Shown: piece by piece, positions 22,302 to 35,591 of the stretch
Numbering within the stretch: the stretch's first letter is position 1
Layout of the letters: every line of letters begins with the position of its first letter
DNA from: Fistulifera solaris
Lineage: Eukaryota
Direction of reading: 5' to 3'
Length of the DNA: 64,000 nucleotides
Assembly: GCA_030295235.1 (NCBI GenBank)
Contig: AP026130.1
Coordinates: forward strand, 434,001 to 498,000
The notes under the pieces: model-generated
What the model was told of the DNA's origin: nothing
Database searches by the model: none
Seen by the model: only the letters and a program-made list of their open reading frames with translations
Translations under genes and position numbers: made by a program

Positions 22302-22698
22302 GATTAGTTTGTACTCCTTAATAATTTAAATTCTTTGAAACATTACGTTGCCACACATTCGCGGTGAGTTGTTCTGTATTTCCGTCAGAGCAGTTTTTCG
22401 TCGGTAAAAAAGGGTGATGATGGGCAAAAGGTTATGAGTCCGTTTATCGGTTGTCATGCGTGACAAATACGTAGTACTTAGATCCTTTGGCTACCGTTCC
22501 GACTTTTAAAGATACGAAACTATTAAGTGGAGATTTTCCTTGGGTGGTGCCGGCGCTACCTTCAAACGTCTTGTTCGAATCCCACAGCCCGCACACACGG
22601 CATTTTCTCGCATTGATTTTTTGACAACATCTGAACGAGCGTAGTGTTGCTGTTGTTGTTGTAAACATAATCACAAGTAGAAACATTTATCTTTAATC

Positions 22699-23235
22699 AT
22701 GGTAAGTCATACATTACTGAGAGGTATCCAACATGTGTTAGTATTGCGAATACCGCACCTGGTTTCTCCGTCAAATTGCGATAAAGAGCAGGACATGACG
22801 ACAAGAACTCTTCCGTTGCTCCTTTGCTCACAGCCATTCCTCTTTTTTTCGTAACAGGCTGAAACGGGATACGACCCAAAACGTTCCAAAGTGAACAAAG
22901 ACAAGCTCGATGAGTTTGTGCAGCGCGAAATTAAGGGAGACCTCGAAGAGGTTCCGGGGATCGGGCCGGCCGCCGTGAAAAAGCTGGCGGAACCGGATGC
23001 CCAGGGCAATCCCGGTATCACGACAACTTACCAGCTTATTGGAGCTTACTTGTCTTTGAAAAACAGTGAATGCGACCCGGTATCTCACAACGATTACTTC
23101 TGGTACTGGTTGAAAGAAAAGGGCATTTCGTCACACCGTTCGGGAATCGTGCAATGCATCGCCAAGAAATGCAACAGTTTCATGCCCGGATTGTATGATC
23201 CTTCCATGTACGAATCGGATGACGAAGAGGAATAG
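22699..23235 (+). CDS. Barrier-to-autointegration-factor (BAF/BANF1)-like helix-hairpin-helix protein, about 126 aa
   Basis: ATG-only first exon; intron 22702-22857 joins in frame to AETGYDPKR. VPGIGPAAVKKL, YQLIGAYLSLK, FWYWLKE and CIAKKCNSF align by eye with BAF. Confidence 0.72.
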
Positions 23236-23482
23236 ACTCAACAATGCATATCTCTTTTCGACTAGACGGTCTCCTGCGATTGATGCGCTCTCGCCTTTCC
23301 TTTGAGCAGCTTGTAGTACAATTTCACCCTTGTCTAATGTCACAAGTTGCGTTTGTATACGAGTCTCTTTCTCCATTATTAATTAATACTGCATACATAA
23401 TACGTAAGTAGCTATCGTAAGGCTTCTTGCTAGTGGTTCTCTTACAAGCGTGTATAGTGTCGCAATAAAAGGCCGCGAAGTT

Positions 23483-24103
23483 CTAGCCAAAGATTGTGCA
23501 AGTCAAAATGCCAATCACAAAGAAAACCCCCAAGCGAACTCCAGTGACGGCAACGGTACCCGCCGCGATTCGAGTCGGCTGCTCTCGAATATCCTCTAGA
23601 TAAAGGTCCAAATTTGGTCGCAAGAGAAAGAATTCTACCAATGCGTACGCAATAACAATCGTCGGAATCTGATCAACCACATTCAAAAAGCGAGCCGACC
23701 ATTCGACTTGCGCCGCAAACGCCTCTGGTGTTTCCGCCGGCAAGCCCATGACGTGTGTTGGTAAAATACCCCGTGTCGGTGAAAATCCTGGCAAAAGCGT
23801 CTGTGCGTGTATGGCAGCGCCATCCACATCGGCAATGCCCAAATCCGCCAATGCCTTGGCCGAGGGAGCAATGGACTTTCCTGCTGATAAGTAGGGATCG
23901 GGAGGGCCCCATAAGGGCTGCGTGTGTTCGGTAGCAGGCTTGAGTAGTGCTACATTGAAAGAAGATAATGGAGATGCCTGTAAAAAAGAATGCGATCTTT
24001 GATTTTGAAGATGAAGAAATGCGCTAGTTTCCGCCAATGTGAACCATAGCATCCACAGAGCTCTTAAAGTCGTGGGTTTTGTAAAGTAGTATTGCGTCGA
24101 CAT
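23483..24103 (-). CDS. Plastid-targeted hypothetical membrane protein
   Basis: 206-aa ORF with TSA-F presequence and two C-terminal hydrophobic segments. Confidence 0.75.
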   Translation of the reverse strand: MSTQYYFTKPTTLRALWMLWFTLAETSAFLHLQNQRSHSFLQASPLSSFNVALLKPATEHTQPLWGPPDPYLSAGKSIAPSAKALADLGIADVDGAAIHAQTLLPGFSPTRGILPTHVMGLPAETPEAFAAQVEWSARFLNVVDQIPTIVIAYALVEFFLLRPNLDLYLEDIREQPTRIAAGTVAVTGVRLGVFFVIGILTCTIFG

Positions 24104-24670
24104 GTTCCGTGGTGATAGGGAGTTGTTACCTTTCTAACATAAAGCGAACTGGAAAACGACAGATAATGCGCGCCCGTATGCGATGTCGAAGAAACTTTAG
24201 TCTTCGATTCAACGTTGCGAAGCGAGTCAATTCGAATAGTTAGAATCGATCAGTTTTTAGAAATCAATTATACGGAGTCCGGAGTAATAAACATCAACGT
24301 TGATCAATGAGGGCGAACCGACAAGCGACGCAATAAAGCAGTGTGTCAAAAGGATGAAAAAGTAAAACCCGCCCCGAAGCTACGGCCAGACGGTTCTATG
24401 TTCGTGCTTGAAGCGTCAATCATCACGAATAATCGCGGATCATCACCTTGCAACAAACTTAGGTTGCCTGGTATCTGGAACGTAAATCAAATGCTAAGTA
24501 CTGACTATTAGATGCAATGTCAAGCGTTGCAATATACCGTGCCCAGAGATATTTAGAGCGAGGGTGTCGCAAGGACCTAGTTTCGATGGTGTTGTTGCTG
24601 GTGTCTCGAAAAATCTTACACGAGAAAAAAAAAAATAGATCGGAAACGCATAAGGTTACCTCGTGTTTAT

Positions 24671-26147
24671 TTAGGCAAAATAGTCTAAGTTTCCCTTCTT
24701 CTTTGCTGCAACAACAGTAATTGCTTCAACGAAATCTTCGTGCATGATTTCAGTCCTCTCCTGTCTCAGTGCCAACATGCCCGCTTCCACGCAAATAGCT
24801 TTCAATTGTGCTCCGTTGAAATCTTCGCATGATCTCGCTAACTCCTCAAAAACAACGGTGCTGCTTACATTCATCTTTCGAGAATGAATCTTCATGATTT
24901 TACTGCGCGCTTCTTCGTTTGGATGCGGTAATTCAATTTTTCGGTCCAACCGTCCCGATCGTAAGAGGGCAGGATCCAAGACATCAGGTCGATTCGTGGC
25001 GGCAATAACTTTGATCATTTCGTTGCTACTGAAGCCATCCAACTGACTCAACAATTCAAGCATCGTTCGTTGTACTTCTCGGTCCCCGCTTTGATCTCCA
25101 CCGAATCGCTTTGTTCCGATTGCATCGATTTCATCAATGAACAAGATAGCCCCCGCCGATGTTCCTTGCTTGATCTTGGTTTTGGCTAGTTCAAAAGCGT
25201 CGCGGATAAGCTTGGCACCATCTCCAATGAACATTTGCACTAATTGTGGACCTGCCAGTTTCAAGAAGATGGCGTTGGTTTGATTGGCGCAGGCACGGGC
25301 TAAGAGCGTTTTTCCGGTTCCAGGAGGTCCATGCAGCAACACTCCTTTGGGTGGCTTAATACCGATCGTCTGAAACATATCGCGGTGCGTCATTGGTAAC
25401 ACAACTGCCTCAATCAATTCTTGAATTTGCTGATCCGCACCACCAATATCCGAGTATTCTTCCGTAGGACGTTCATCTACCTCCATTGCCTGCACACGCG
25501 AGTCAAATTCTTCCGGTAGCTTCTCCAAAATAAGGTACGAGTCTTTGTTCGTTCCCACAAGATCACTCGGCTTGAGCTCATCGGGATTGACAAGTCCAGG
25601 GAGAGGTAAGAAAATAGTTTGGCGAGTACTGGTACGGACTACAGCGGATCGCGTTTTACGATTAGCATCCACATCGGTAGCATCTCCTGCTTCCTTTTCT
25701 TCCTCATCAAGTCCTAAATTTTTTGGAATCAAAATCGAAAGTTGCAAAGAAAGAATAAAGGGTAAGACATAATGAAAAATCGTGGCCCTACCGAAGAAAC
25801 TGTAGAGTTATGACACAAACTCACCATCTTCCGCATCAGGCTCCAGTACTTCTACAACATTGGCTACCAAGTATGGCAATTGCTTGTTGAGTTTGACCTT
25901 TTCTTGGTTTTCTTTGATACGCTCCCGTTGTCCCCTACTTTCGTGATTAATGCGTTGCACATCCGATTTCATCACCCGAATGTCATTGTTGATTAAATGA
26001 ATGCGTTGACGCAGTTCCGATATAGACATGTGTCGCGTGTCATCGTCATCTAACGTATCCGGCTCCTCTTGCTTAACTTCTTCGTTCTGCGAGGGCGGCC
26101 GGCGCTTCGCCCCAAATATCTTCTCCTTCCAAATCGTCGGCGCTCAT
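24671..26147 (-). CDS. RPT5: 26S proteasome regulatory ATPase subunit 6A
   Basis: [65 protein letters not shown]-terminal YFA. Intron 25824-25714; frameshift near 26095. Confidence 0.96.
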
Positions 26148-26588
26148 TCGTCAAAAATGTTCCTTCAACCGCTTTCTCTCTTCACAACGATGTTAAAAAC
26201 GACGCAACCTGTGCTGGTATTGCTCAAGAATATTGTAAAAACACAAAAGGCGTGCTTTTGATTTTTGTCGATTGTCATCGTCGTCGCGACGACTTCGTCG
26301 AAACGCAACGATGGAGATCGAAACGCTGGAGTCCAGCATCCTCGTGACTGAAAAGAGTGATGCCAGGTGAGCGGAAGACGGACTGACTTACTTTTGTGTC
26401 GATACTACTCCAAACGGGGTGTCTCAAACGCGCGCCACCACGAAATTTTTTCTGTCCGGGCCACCATGATGTTCGGGACGTCCCATCAACAGGCGGGTTC
26501 CCAAGCAATAACTCACACTCAAATCATTTCATCTGAAACGTTTCTGTCGCTGTAGTGTGATTACGGGCTTGCTTCTGAAATCAATTTC

Positions 26589-27125
26589 ATGATGGTCACG
26601 TTATCTTCCGTCGTATCGACTCTACTGACCATCGGCATTTGCCGACATGCGGCCGGCTTCGGTGTACCATTGGCAGTTCGAACGAATGCAGCATCCTTTA
26701 CTACTTGGATGCGGTCGACACAAAACGATGAAGAAGAATTTGCATACAGTCGTCGTCGAAAACGGGGAAGAAGAACGGATGAAGTCGACGGTATGGAAGA
26801 AGATTCACTTTATAAAAGCAAAGAACAAGATGCCTATTTCGAAGACGATGAATTTGATCATTATGATACACAAGATGAATTCGACGATGAAGACGAGGAC
26901 GACGATGACGATCTTTGGGACGACGATGAGGAAGATTACGATTTACTGGGGAATGACATTATCCCGAATCCGATCCTAGATAACATGGATCCAGATGGTG
27001 CCGCTGAACGATTCCCTGAACTTGCTCGAGATCCCAGATTTTGGTTCGACATGCTATTGTTTGTTACGTTTCTTGACTTGCTATCGATTATTGGACCACG
27101 AGACCCTTCCATCCCTTGGGTGTAA
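26589..27125 (+). CDS. Plastid-targeted acidic hypothetical protein with a C-terminal hydrophobic helix
   Basis: 178-aa ORF with signal peptide ending AAG-F and a long D/E tract. Confidence 0.75.
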   Translation: MMVTLSSVVSTLLTIGICRHAAGFGVPLAVRTNAASFTTWMRSTQNDEEEFAYSRRRKRGRRTDEVDGMEEDSLYKSKEQDAYFEDDEFDHYDTQDEFDDEDEDDDDDLWDDDEEDYDLLGNDIIPNPILDNMDPDGAAERFPELARDPRFWFDMLLFVTFLDLLSIIGPRDPSIPWV

Positions 27126-27458
27126 ATGCCACTACGAAAGAAGGAAATCGTCGTTCCAACGAAGAACAATCGCACGCAGAGCGAGAAGAATGCCAACCAA
27201 TTCAAACAGAGGAAAAACATTGTTAGCTACAAGCTAACGGTGCAAACAATAATACGTTCTGACGTGGGTCTATCCATCCGAAGCTATCTTACACTACCGC
27301 GAGCTGATCGAAGTGCCACGTATATTACAATAATTTGTTGCTATAAGGGCTACCGTAAATACAACACGAACGAAAGCTGAAAGTAGCTCTAGTTTAAGGA
27401 AGCAAAACATAATTAAAAATTAGTATCTTTAGAATTATGAGAGTTTGCCGTCGCTAAA

Positions 27459-29631
27459 TCAGGCTTGAGGGGCAGACTGGTACGCGGTAAGCATACTGGT
27501 GACTTCATGAAGCGCCGACAGTGAAGGAGTGTAAAGGATATTATTGCCTTGTGCCAAAATCTGGGCGGCATCGCCGATAACCGCTCGCGCATCGAGGGGA
27601 TTGCACATTTCATGATACAAGCTTCCAACCATTAGAAGCGAACAAACAACCTGCTCAATGGTAGAAATGTGCTCGTTGCGATCGAACGCATCATCTTGAA
27701 CGTCGTCAGATAGCGTTAGACGAAGTGTTTCCACGCTTTTCTGAGCTGCATTCATTGCTGCCTCAATATCGCCAAGTATATGGTGCAATTCTGCAATGGT
27801 TCGAAGGGTGATACCGATGCTCTTCTTTCTCATGGGGCCATCATAATCGGGGGATTGCTCTTGAATAGTTTGAACTTCATGCATGATTTCTAATGAGGCA
27901 ATAATGTTCCCTTTCTCCTTCTGGGACATGGAAAGCTTCTCTAAGGTTGTGACGACGTGTCTGTCATTCAGCTGACCACTGGATCCTTTCCGTCGGACAC
28001 GAAGTGCCTCGCTGAAACACGCAGATGCTTCATCCAGCTGCTGTCGCTCCATGCGAAGGACTCCAATGTTGTACAACAAACATGCAATGTCCGGGTGATC
28101 CGCTCCCAGCATGGCACGGCGTAGTTCAAGAGACATCTCGAAGGCGAAAATTGCTTCTTCGTAGGCAGCAAGCTTATCTTGAATCAAACCAAGGTTGTAC
28201 CAAACTGTGCTGTACAAATTAGAGGGAAGACGAAGACGCGTTTGCTCGGCCGCGAGCAGTAATTTTTATCTTCTTCGCGGTCTTCGAACAAGTAGAAAGC
28301 CTGCCAATATCGCCATACTCAGATCTCAGCGACCGATGATAATAGGCGATGGCATCATGGTACTGTCCCATTTCTTGATAGATGCGGCCAATGTTATTAC
28401 ACGTAACGCTCGTGGAGATATTCTCGGCCCCGTCGGCTAAATCAATTTCCAGTCTGAGCTCTTCTTTGAAAAACAGTAAGGAATTCTGGTAGTCCTTCTG
28501 GTGAAAAAGCACCGTGCCAATATAATTTAAAGTCGAAGCAGCCTCTGAACTTTTCGGCCCGAACTCCTGGCGTTTTTCTTGCAACGAATTAAGACCACGA
28601 GCCAGCTCGATCGAACCTTTATCTTCTTTCTCGTCGTTTTGAATCAGCATGAGATATATCAAACCCGGAACCGGGTCAAGGTCATCATAGCCCGCTTTTG
28701 ATCTGGCACTGCAAATGTGTAGATACTTGAAAATGTGGTTGAGAGCGCTTGTGTTACATTGCCTGGCATACTCAGCCATTGCAAGATTGTAATGCGTAGC
28801 AGCAACATTGGGATGATCCCTGTTCAACAAGTTTGATCTTATTCGAAGAACTTCATTCAAGTTGTCGAATAGCAACTGATTTATCTTCCCTGACATCCAC
28901 GACACTCTACACACATTCGAAAGAACGTCCGCTAGTTCCAGATCGTACGCTGTTGACAAAGTGCATAGACTCCTGGCGAATAGAAGCGCTGACTGGAAAC
29001 TGGACAGAGCCATTTCTTCCTCGCCTTCGCAGTAGTTAATGAAGCCAATATTGTTTTCAGCGCGCATGCCCAGCTCCATCAACACTTCGGTATGTGGACC
29101 GATGGGCGATGCAAGCATCCCATGAACCCAAGACCTAACCAAATTGTAAGCGCTCTTTGCATCGGAGTATTTACATAGTTTGTGGTAAGTGGAAGCTTTA
29201 TTAAAAAGAATTGACGCCTCGACAGTGGGATAACTGAAACATTGCGAAGCGCAGGGCGTGACAAACTTCTTGAGTACTATTGGCCCGCTGTCGCATTCGT
29301 CTTCTAGATACAAGTCGGCATCATTATCATCCAAGCAATTTGAAGCAGGCTTCTTCAATGGAAAATCCGAGGAATTGTAATGGCCATAGCTTCGTTGAAG
29401 AAGTTTCAGAGCAACACTCCAAACCTCTGCAGTAGGAAATTTTGTCAACGAGTAGGCGGCGTCGAGTAAGTAGAGGGCCTCATCATTTAAATCGCTCTCA
29501 AAGTAAACGGCCGATAATCGTTGAAGCGATTCGATAAGTATCTCAACTGACGAAGCATAATCATAGATCGGATTGTTTGCTTTACCAATAGCCGCATACA
29601 TCGCGTTGTGTTGCCTCATTGCGCTCGCCAT
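27459..29631 (-). CDS. Tetratricopeptide-repeat protein (kinesin-light-chain-like TPRs)
   Basis: Repeated HPxxAxxxYNLA/NIG motifs in ORFs 28219-29631 and 27459-28217, joined by a frameshift near 28218. Confidence 0.85.
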
Positions 29632-29931
29632 GGTTGCTGTGATTTTGCTATACTTTCTCCGTATTTATTTGTTACTATGCAGAAGCATCGTATGGCATTG
29701 ATGTTGATTGTTGATCCGTGGCGGAGATCTATCGTGAACCACGGCAGCAAATAAATAATGAGAAACAGTTCGAATTTCGAAACAGGTGGCCGTCGTGGCA
29801 GCTGACCAGGTGGCAGAAGCGGAAGGCGAAAAAACGACAACGACGAATGAAAAAATTCAATATGTCTTTCGTAAATGCTTGGCGCTTCTGTTATACTGTA
29901 AACTGTATACTGGTATATGGTATGCGATTCT

Positions 29932-30671
29932 GCTTCCGCTTTCCGCTTCCGCTAAGCGCTAAACGCTAAACGCTAAACACTACTGTAAACAGCTGGTCAT
30001 TGGTCATTGGTCATTGGTCATTCACACACTTACTGTATACAGTACTTACTGTAAGTAGAACAGAACGAAGAATAAGTATAGGGATAAGGGATCAGATACT
30101 ACTAGTACGTATAGACGTATAGGTAAAAGGCATAAGTGCAATCTACGGTAGATTTTGTTCGTTGTTCCCTTGTTCTTTGTTCTTACTACGTACGACATCG
30201 GTTGTTTTTTGTTGTCCAAGTATCAACTCTATCTAGAGTTCAAGGTTCAAGCTGACTTCCTGTACACTCAATGCAATACAGACTTTCCCTCATTTACATC
30301 TGACGTCAGTGAACATGTGGCATTCGTTTTGAACTTTAGAGTAACCTTACTTTATTGCATCTTGCATCTTGCTGACGTGTTTGAGTTTCGAGTTCTGCGG
30401 CACTTACATCACATCACATCACATCTTGCCACGTGCACGTGCCATGCCACCTGCCACTGCCACGTCTACGAAAAAAACTGAGCTAAGGTTATTCCTAGTC
30501 CGGTCCCCGGGTTAAGCTAGTCTGATGGCTCCTCTTGGCCAGACTAAGAACTAAAATTTAGGACAAGCTTGAAAGACAATGTCGGCTGACTTTTTTTTGC
30601 TTAAATCTTTACGTGATCACCTCATTTCGCATTCGCACTTGACCCTCACACCTCACACCTCACACCTCACA
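29932..30671. repeat. Cluster of short tandem repeats in the 1.8 kb divergent intergenic region
   Basis: ttccgc-type repeats, (cgctaaa)3 at 29957-29977, (tggtcat)4 at 29994-30021, (acatc)4 near 30406-30425 and (cctcaca)4 at 30644-30671. Confidence 0.85.
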
Positions 30672-31414
30672 TCATTATCTATCTATGTAGAGTCCCTACC
30701 CTCTTTGCAATGTACAAATAGGAATACGTGACAAGTAGTCGTGGCATTCAAAAACTTTCTTAATTTTTAAAGAAGTTAGAAGATTTTGTCTTGACAATCG
30801 CGTAGGACATCAGGAGCCATCGTGACTTGTAGCGCACCTTACACTAGCGTCCTGCCTTCATTCATAAGCTAACCCACTCACGGATGCGAGAAACATTCGT
30901 CCTCAATCATTCAGAGTTGCACGGCGCAGCATTTTAACGGCGTTATGCGTTGCTTTTCATATTGGGGTGTAATTGTTAAACATAATGGAGTTCACTCCAC
31001 AGCTCCATGATTTACTTGTGATTGGGCATCTGTAAAAACGACATTATAGGTTGTGTTTACTTTCTCTTGTTTAGGTATAACGGAGAACGTTTTTGTTAGG
31101 CCCATCAAGATCAAGAGAGTTTCGGATAAGGCTCTAGCTAGAGAGGCTAGAGCTAGAGGGCTATCGTGTTAGTACAGTGTTGTCTTGCCCCACAACTTAC
31201 ACGTGTATATTCATTATTCGGTCACGAAACATCGTGTAGTACTTTGCATTTGATAGCGGAGTGATGATGAGACTTTTGTCAGTCACGCGTCACCCTCGGA
31301 AACCGTGATCGATTGAATGATGTTAGATGTTTTGTTGTTTCCATTTATTCTTGTCCATAAACTCAATCATTCAATTCGAATGCAAATTGTAATCTCTGCG
31401 TTGACTAATGAAAG

Positions 31415-32780
31415 ATGAAACAATATAGACTGGTTTGTTCAGAAATTTTGGTGGTCAGCGGCGCTTTTTCACTTCTCTTTGGGCCGCAAATTTATGCATT
31501 CCAATTGTCTCCTCGACTCTCATGCGCGTCGTCGGTGCGTCTACAAAGGAAATTGTTTTCTTCCATTGGTGGAAACGGTAAACCACCCGAAGGTCGAGAT
31601 GACAATCCATGGAGCGATTTTCTCGATCCGAACAAGGAGGAATCCGAGAATTTGAAGAAGGCCCGTGAATTTCTTAGCGAAAACAGTCTGCCGATTTCCT
31701 ACGACAAGATGGAGGACAATTCGATTTACAGCAAGGATGGTAGTAACAGCGACGCGGAGCCACCGCAACCTACTGATGACGAGGAGCTATCGGGTGGGCT
31801 TTCGCTTTTGCGCGGTCAAGGAGAACTCCTTCCTGGGACTCCGACGCAGAAACAATTAGAAAATAACCCCTACATGGCTGTGGTAACAAACCTGTCTCCG
31901 TCGGAGCTCATATCCAAATTCACCTCCACAACTCCTCCTCGAGTTCAAAATGCGGTCAAGTCGACAATTTTAGGGCTCATTGGAGGTCTTCCGAAAATGG
32001 CGTTTGATACGACGACCATCACGTCAGGGCAGCGGCTCGCTTCTCTCATGTTCCAGTTACAGGTATGTATTTCATATTTTTAAGTCAATTCGAATGTATT
32101 TGACCTGTTGCTCATCGTTTTTTCAGATGACTGGCTACATGTTCAAAAACGCGGAATACAAACTGAGTTTATCGCAAGCGATTGATGATGGCGATAAGGG
32201 TAAGTTTCTTTTGAACGGAGTCGAAAACGATAATGAAGAAGCGAATCCTCTGCAAGGCAAAGTTCGTGGAAAGTTGCGCGTGAAATACGTTAGGAAGGAG
32301 AATTCAGAAGCTAGTGTGGTAGATGATAGCACGGGAGGGATAGAAGTTGACGCCGAGGCCTATATGTCCGAGTTGCGATCGGAAGTGGAAAAGCTTCGAG
32401 ATGAGCTGACTGTCGCTCGAAAAACAAAAGAGGAGACGATTCGAAAAGATTTGCTTTTATACATTCGGACACTTCCGGAGAAAGAGCTTCGATCGCTAAC
32501 AAGCACGATGAGTGAAGATGTCCTCGTTGCGATGAAGGGGTTGGTGAATGCCGTTTTGTCCGGAATAGGCGATGGTCAAATTGGCCCGACGACAATCACT
32601 GAACAGTCCGGTGAAGCCATGGCGCAGCTGTGCTTGTGGCAGCTGGCGATTGGTTACAACCTTCGTTCCTTAGAAGTAAGAGAAGAAATGAAAAAGTCTT
32701 TGGCTGGGATACCAGTTAAGAAGGCCGATGATTTGGACGAAGAAGGTGGTATCATTGATGAACCTGGGTCATTACAGTAA
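31415..32780 (+). CDS. Plastid DUF760-family protein
   Basis: IYA-F presequence; two DUF760-like repeats (RLASLMFQLQMTGYMFKNAEYKLSL and AMAQLCLWQLAIGYNLRSLEVR). Intron 32063-32126. Confidence 0.82.
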
Positions 32781-33356
32781 AGTATAGACTTCATTTTTTT
32801 GCGAAATTGCTTGGAGTATTTCGACTTATAAAAAAAATAGCATCAACATGAACGCAGGTTTCGAGCCGTCACGACAGTGACGTCACATGCTTCGTAGGTG
32901 AGTGCCGGTAGGGCAGTTGGCTAGTGTGATCTTTTGTGTATTTGGTGCGAGCTTGTGGTTGCGAATGGAGATCATCGCAACAGCGCCGCTCGTCGTCGAG
33001 AAGGTAACAAAAGAGCTGTAGTTGTTGGCATTTGACCTGATCTTGAATAATAATCTAAATCTGTAAGTTTCTTTTGTCTAATCGCTGTCATCGGTATCTT
33101 GGTTCTTTCCGGCTTGAAGGTTGGTTAAGGAATCGAAATTTAAACTCACAAAAATCTTGTGATTCGTCCGTGCTGCTTTCTCCGCCGTTGTATGTTGTAT
33201 CCATTGTATCTTGATGCGGCGCTATTCACTGCAAAAGAACCCATTAAAGTGATAAACTATCGTACAGCTTTGGCTTGGCGGTGCTTAACTTGGGAAAAAA
33301 CGACTTGGATAATTTTCTTACACTTTCATAAATCTTCCGCTTCAGATTGCATCATC

Positions 33357-33804
33357 ATGTTTTCTTCAGTCCGCCTTGCTGCATCACGCCTCGCTCTTCG
33401 CGCAACAACAAAGACAGCTTTGTCGGGTCTTCGCGCACAACCTCAAGTATCCGTTTATGCTGTTCGACACTTTTCGGCTCCTCCGGTGAGTTCCAGAGAT
33501 TCTAATTGAATTTTGACTAATGCGTATCCTAACACTCCATGTTTTAAAGGCTTTTCTTGATGCTAAAGAAGTAACTGACCGCATTATCACGGTGGTGAAG
33601 AACTTTGATCAAGTTGATCCATCCAAAGTGACCCCAGATGTTTCTTTCGCAAAGGATCTAGGTCTTGACAGTCTCGATATTGTTGAGGTCGTTATGGCAA
33701 TTGAGGATGAATTCGCAATTGAAATTCCTGATCAAGAAGCGGATAAAATTACCACTATCGCCCAGGCCATTGATTACATTTCTTCGCATCCCATGGCCAA
33801 GTAA
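33357..33804 (+). CDS. ACP: Mitochondrial acyl carrier protein (NDUFAB1-like)
   Basis: Mitochondrial presequence [35 protein letters not shown]. Intron 33486-33549. Confidence 0.95.
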
Positions 33805-33913
33805 ATGATCATCCTCGTAGATAGGCAATGTGGCGAGCCGCGAGACTATCACATGTAAAAGATCAAAAGTACTCTCTAATTTACCATTGCGTCTTTACGT
33901 CTTTAATTGCTGT

Positions 33914-35376
33914 CTAGGACCACGTGCTGGATCGTTTTGACGGCCCGGCTGAGTACAATAAGTTGTCGGCCAATTTGAACATTGTGAATACACCGCCAAC
34001 CGTAGCCATCAGCCGAATAAGAAGATGCGTCAAGGGCACTTTGTTCTTTCTAATTTGTACCTCGAAAGGATAGATTTCGTAAATGAAAAAGACACCCGGT
34101 AAGACTGCATTGCGGACGTCATGATTGCTTGTTTTGGCCTTGTGAGCATGCCCCGCCTGAACTGCAACAATTCGTTTCCCATTTTCGTCAGTCTCGTCTT
34201 CATCCTCATAATCGTCCTCCGCAATATATTCTTTCATGAGCGGTCGAAAACGCTCAGTGAAGAAATAGCCGTTCGTCGCTATTCTCACTCCTGAGTCTGT
34301 GATGTAGGATGTAGGAACGACTTTTATGAAATACTGGAAAAGTCCCGTAGTACCATGTTGGCGGGTGACGATCTTGCTGACACCATTCAACGTTTTTTGC
34401 GGTTCCTCTCCGAAACCGACTTTTGTACCGCTAGCACCGAAACTCAAGTCATGGATGATATGAGATGCATTGAAATTGGGCGTATCTTCGGGGTTAAAGG
34501 TATGGATATGCTTGCCGTCTCTTTCGATGCCTTCTCCCATAGCAATGTGAAAGTTACCCGCAACGCGGTTGACTTCCAGATATCCTGACAGGTTACATCC
34601 CTCGCCTCGTTTCATCCTTTTCGGCTCTTTCTTATCTCGACCCTCACGCATACATTGCTCCGACGTGTATTGCACAATATCAGTTCTCCATTTCTTGGCA
34701 ATGTAGGCCTCCAGCAATTCGTCGCATGTATTGCAGCATTGGTTTTCATCATCATTGGCCCCGTAGCATGGGCCGCAATAGTTTTCGGGGAGCTTCTCTT
34801 TTAAAAGTCTCAGCTTCTCTTCTTGTCGCTGCTGATTAGCGTTGGCTTCGGCCTTGAGTACGTCATTGCCTATCGGTCTCCCCGATCGAGAGAGTCTCTT
34901 TTGACCAACGTATCAAAAATATCCAACTGCGAGTCACCCGCGACATCCATGACATCCACATGAAGGTCTTCGCAAGCGAGGTTGGGAAATGTTATGTTCA
35001 TATTCACTCTCATTTTTCGCCCCAAACTTGTGTCAACCGCAATTTGCTCGAGCGTTTGAGCATTTTGGTTCATCCAGCTGATTGTTTCTGCCAACGACAG
35101 GATAGCTATTAAAATGTAGGCAATCAGCGAAAAATATCCCCCGCCATCTGTCTTTACTGTGTATTCTTGATCAACTTTGGGGAACATAAAATCAAGTCGT
35201 TTGACGACGTTCGCCTTTGTAGAACGGTCACCCTCTCCAAACGTCATTCTTTTCTTTGGTGACGAAAACGAGTGTTCAGCTGTATTCAAATTTCGTCGTC
35301 GCAGATCCATTCCAGAGGTATCCGCCCCCGCATATCCTCCGTACTGCGATGTTGCGTAATTAGGAGCGTGCGACAT
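33914..35376 (-). CDS. ER-Golgi intermediate compartment protein (ERGIC3/Erv46 family)
   Basis: NITFPNLAC...VDVMDVAG, YCGPCYGA...CCNTC, EGCNLSGYLEVNRVAGNFH, FQYFIKVVPT, PGVFFIYEI; two TM helices. One A missing at 34899-34902. Confidence 0.92.
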
Positions 35377-35591
35377 GACCTTTTTCAAAACAGGCAACGG
35401 CTCAACGTTTTTGTGACGGTAAAATCCACGATCTTTTATCGCCCCACCTGATCGCTGCGAGATACAATATACTCCGTATCTCTTAGCTATGCCTTTTCAA
35501 TGAGAATATTCGGATCAAAAAGTTATTAATGAGGGTCATCAATTAGCTCAATAAGCTCTCGCAATACGACCACCAAAAAAAAGGCGACGAG

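Noticed and set aside
29957..30021. Interstitial telomeric repeats
   Set aside because: The units cgctaaa and tggtcat do not match TTAGGG-type repeats and are only 3-4 copies.
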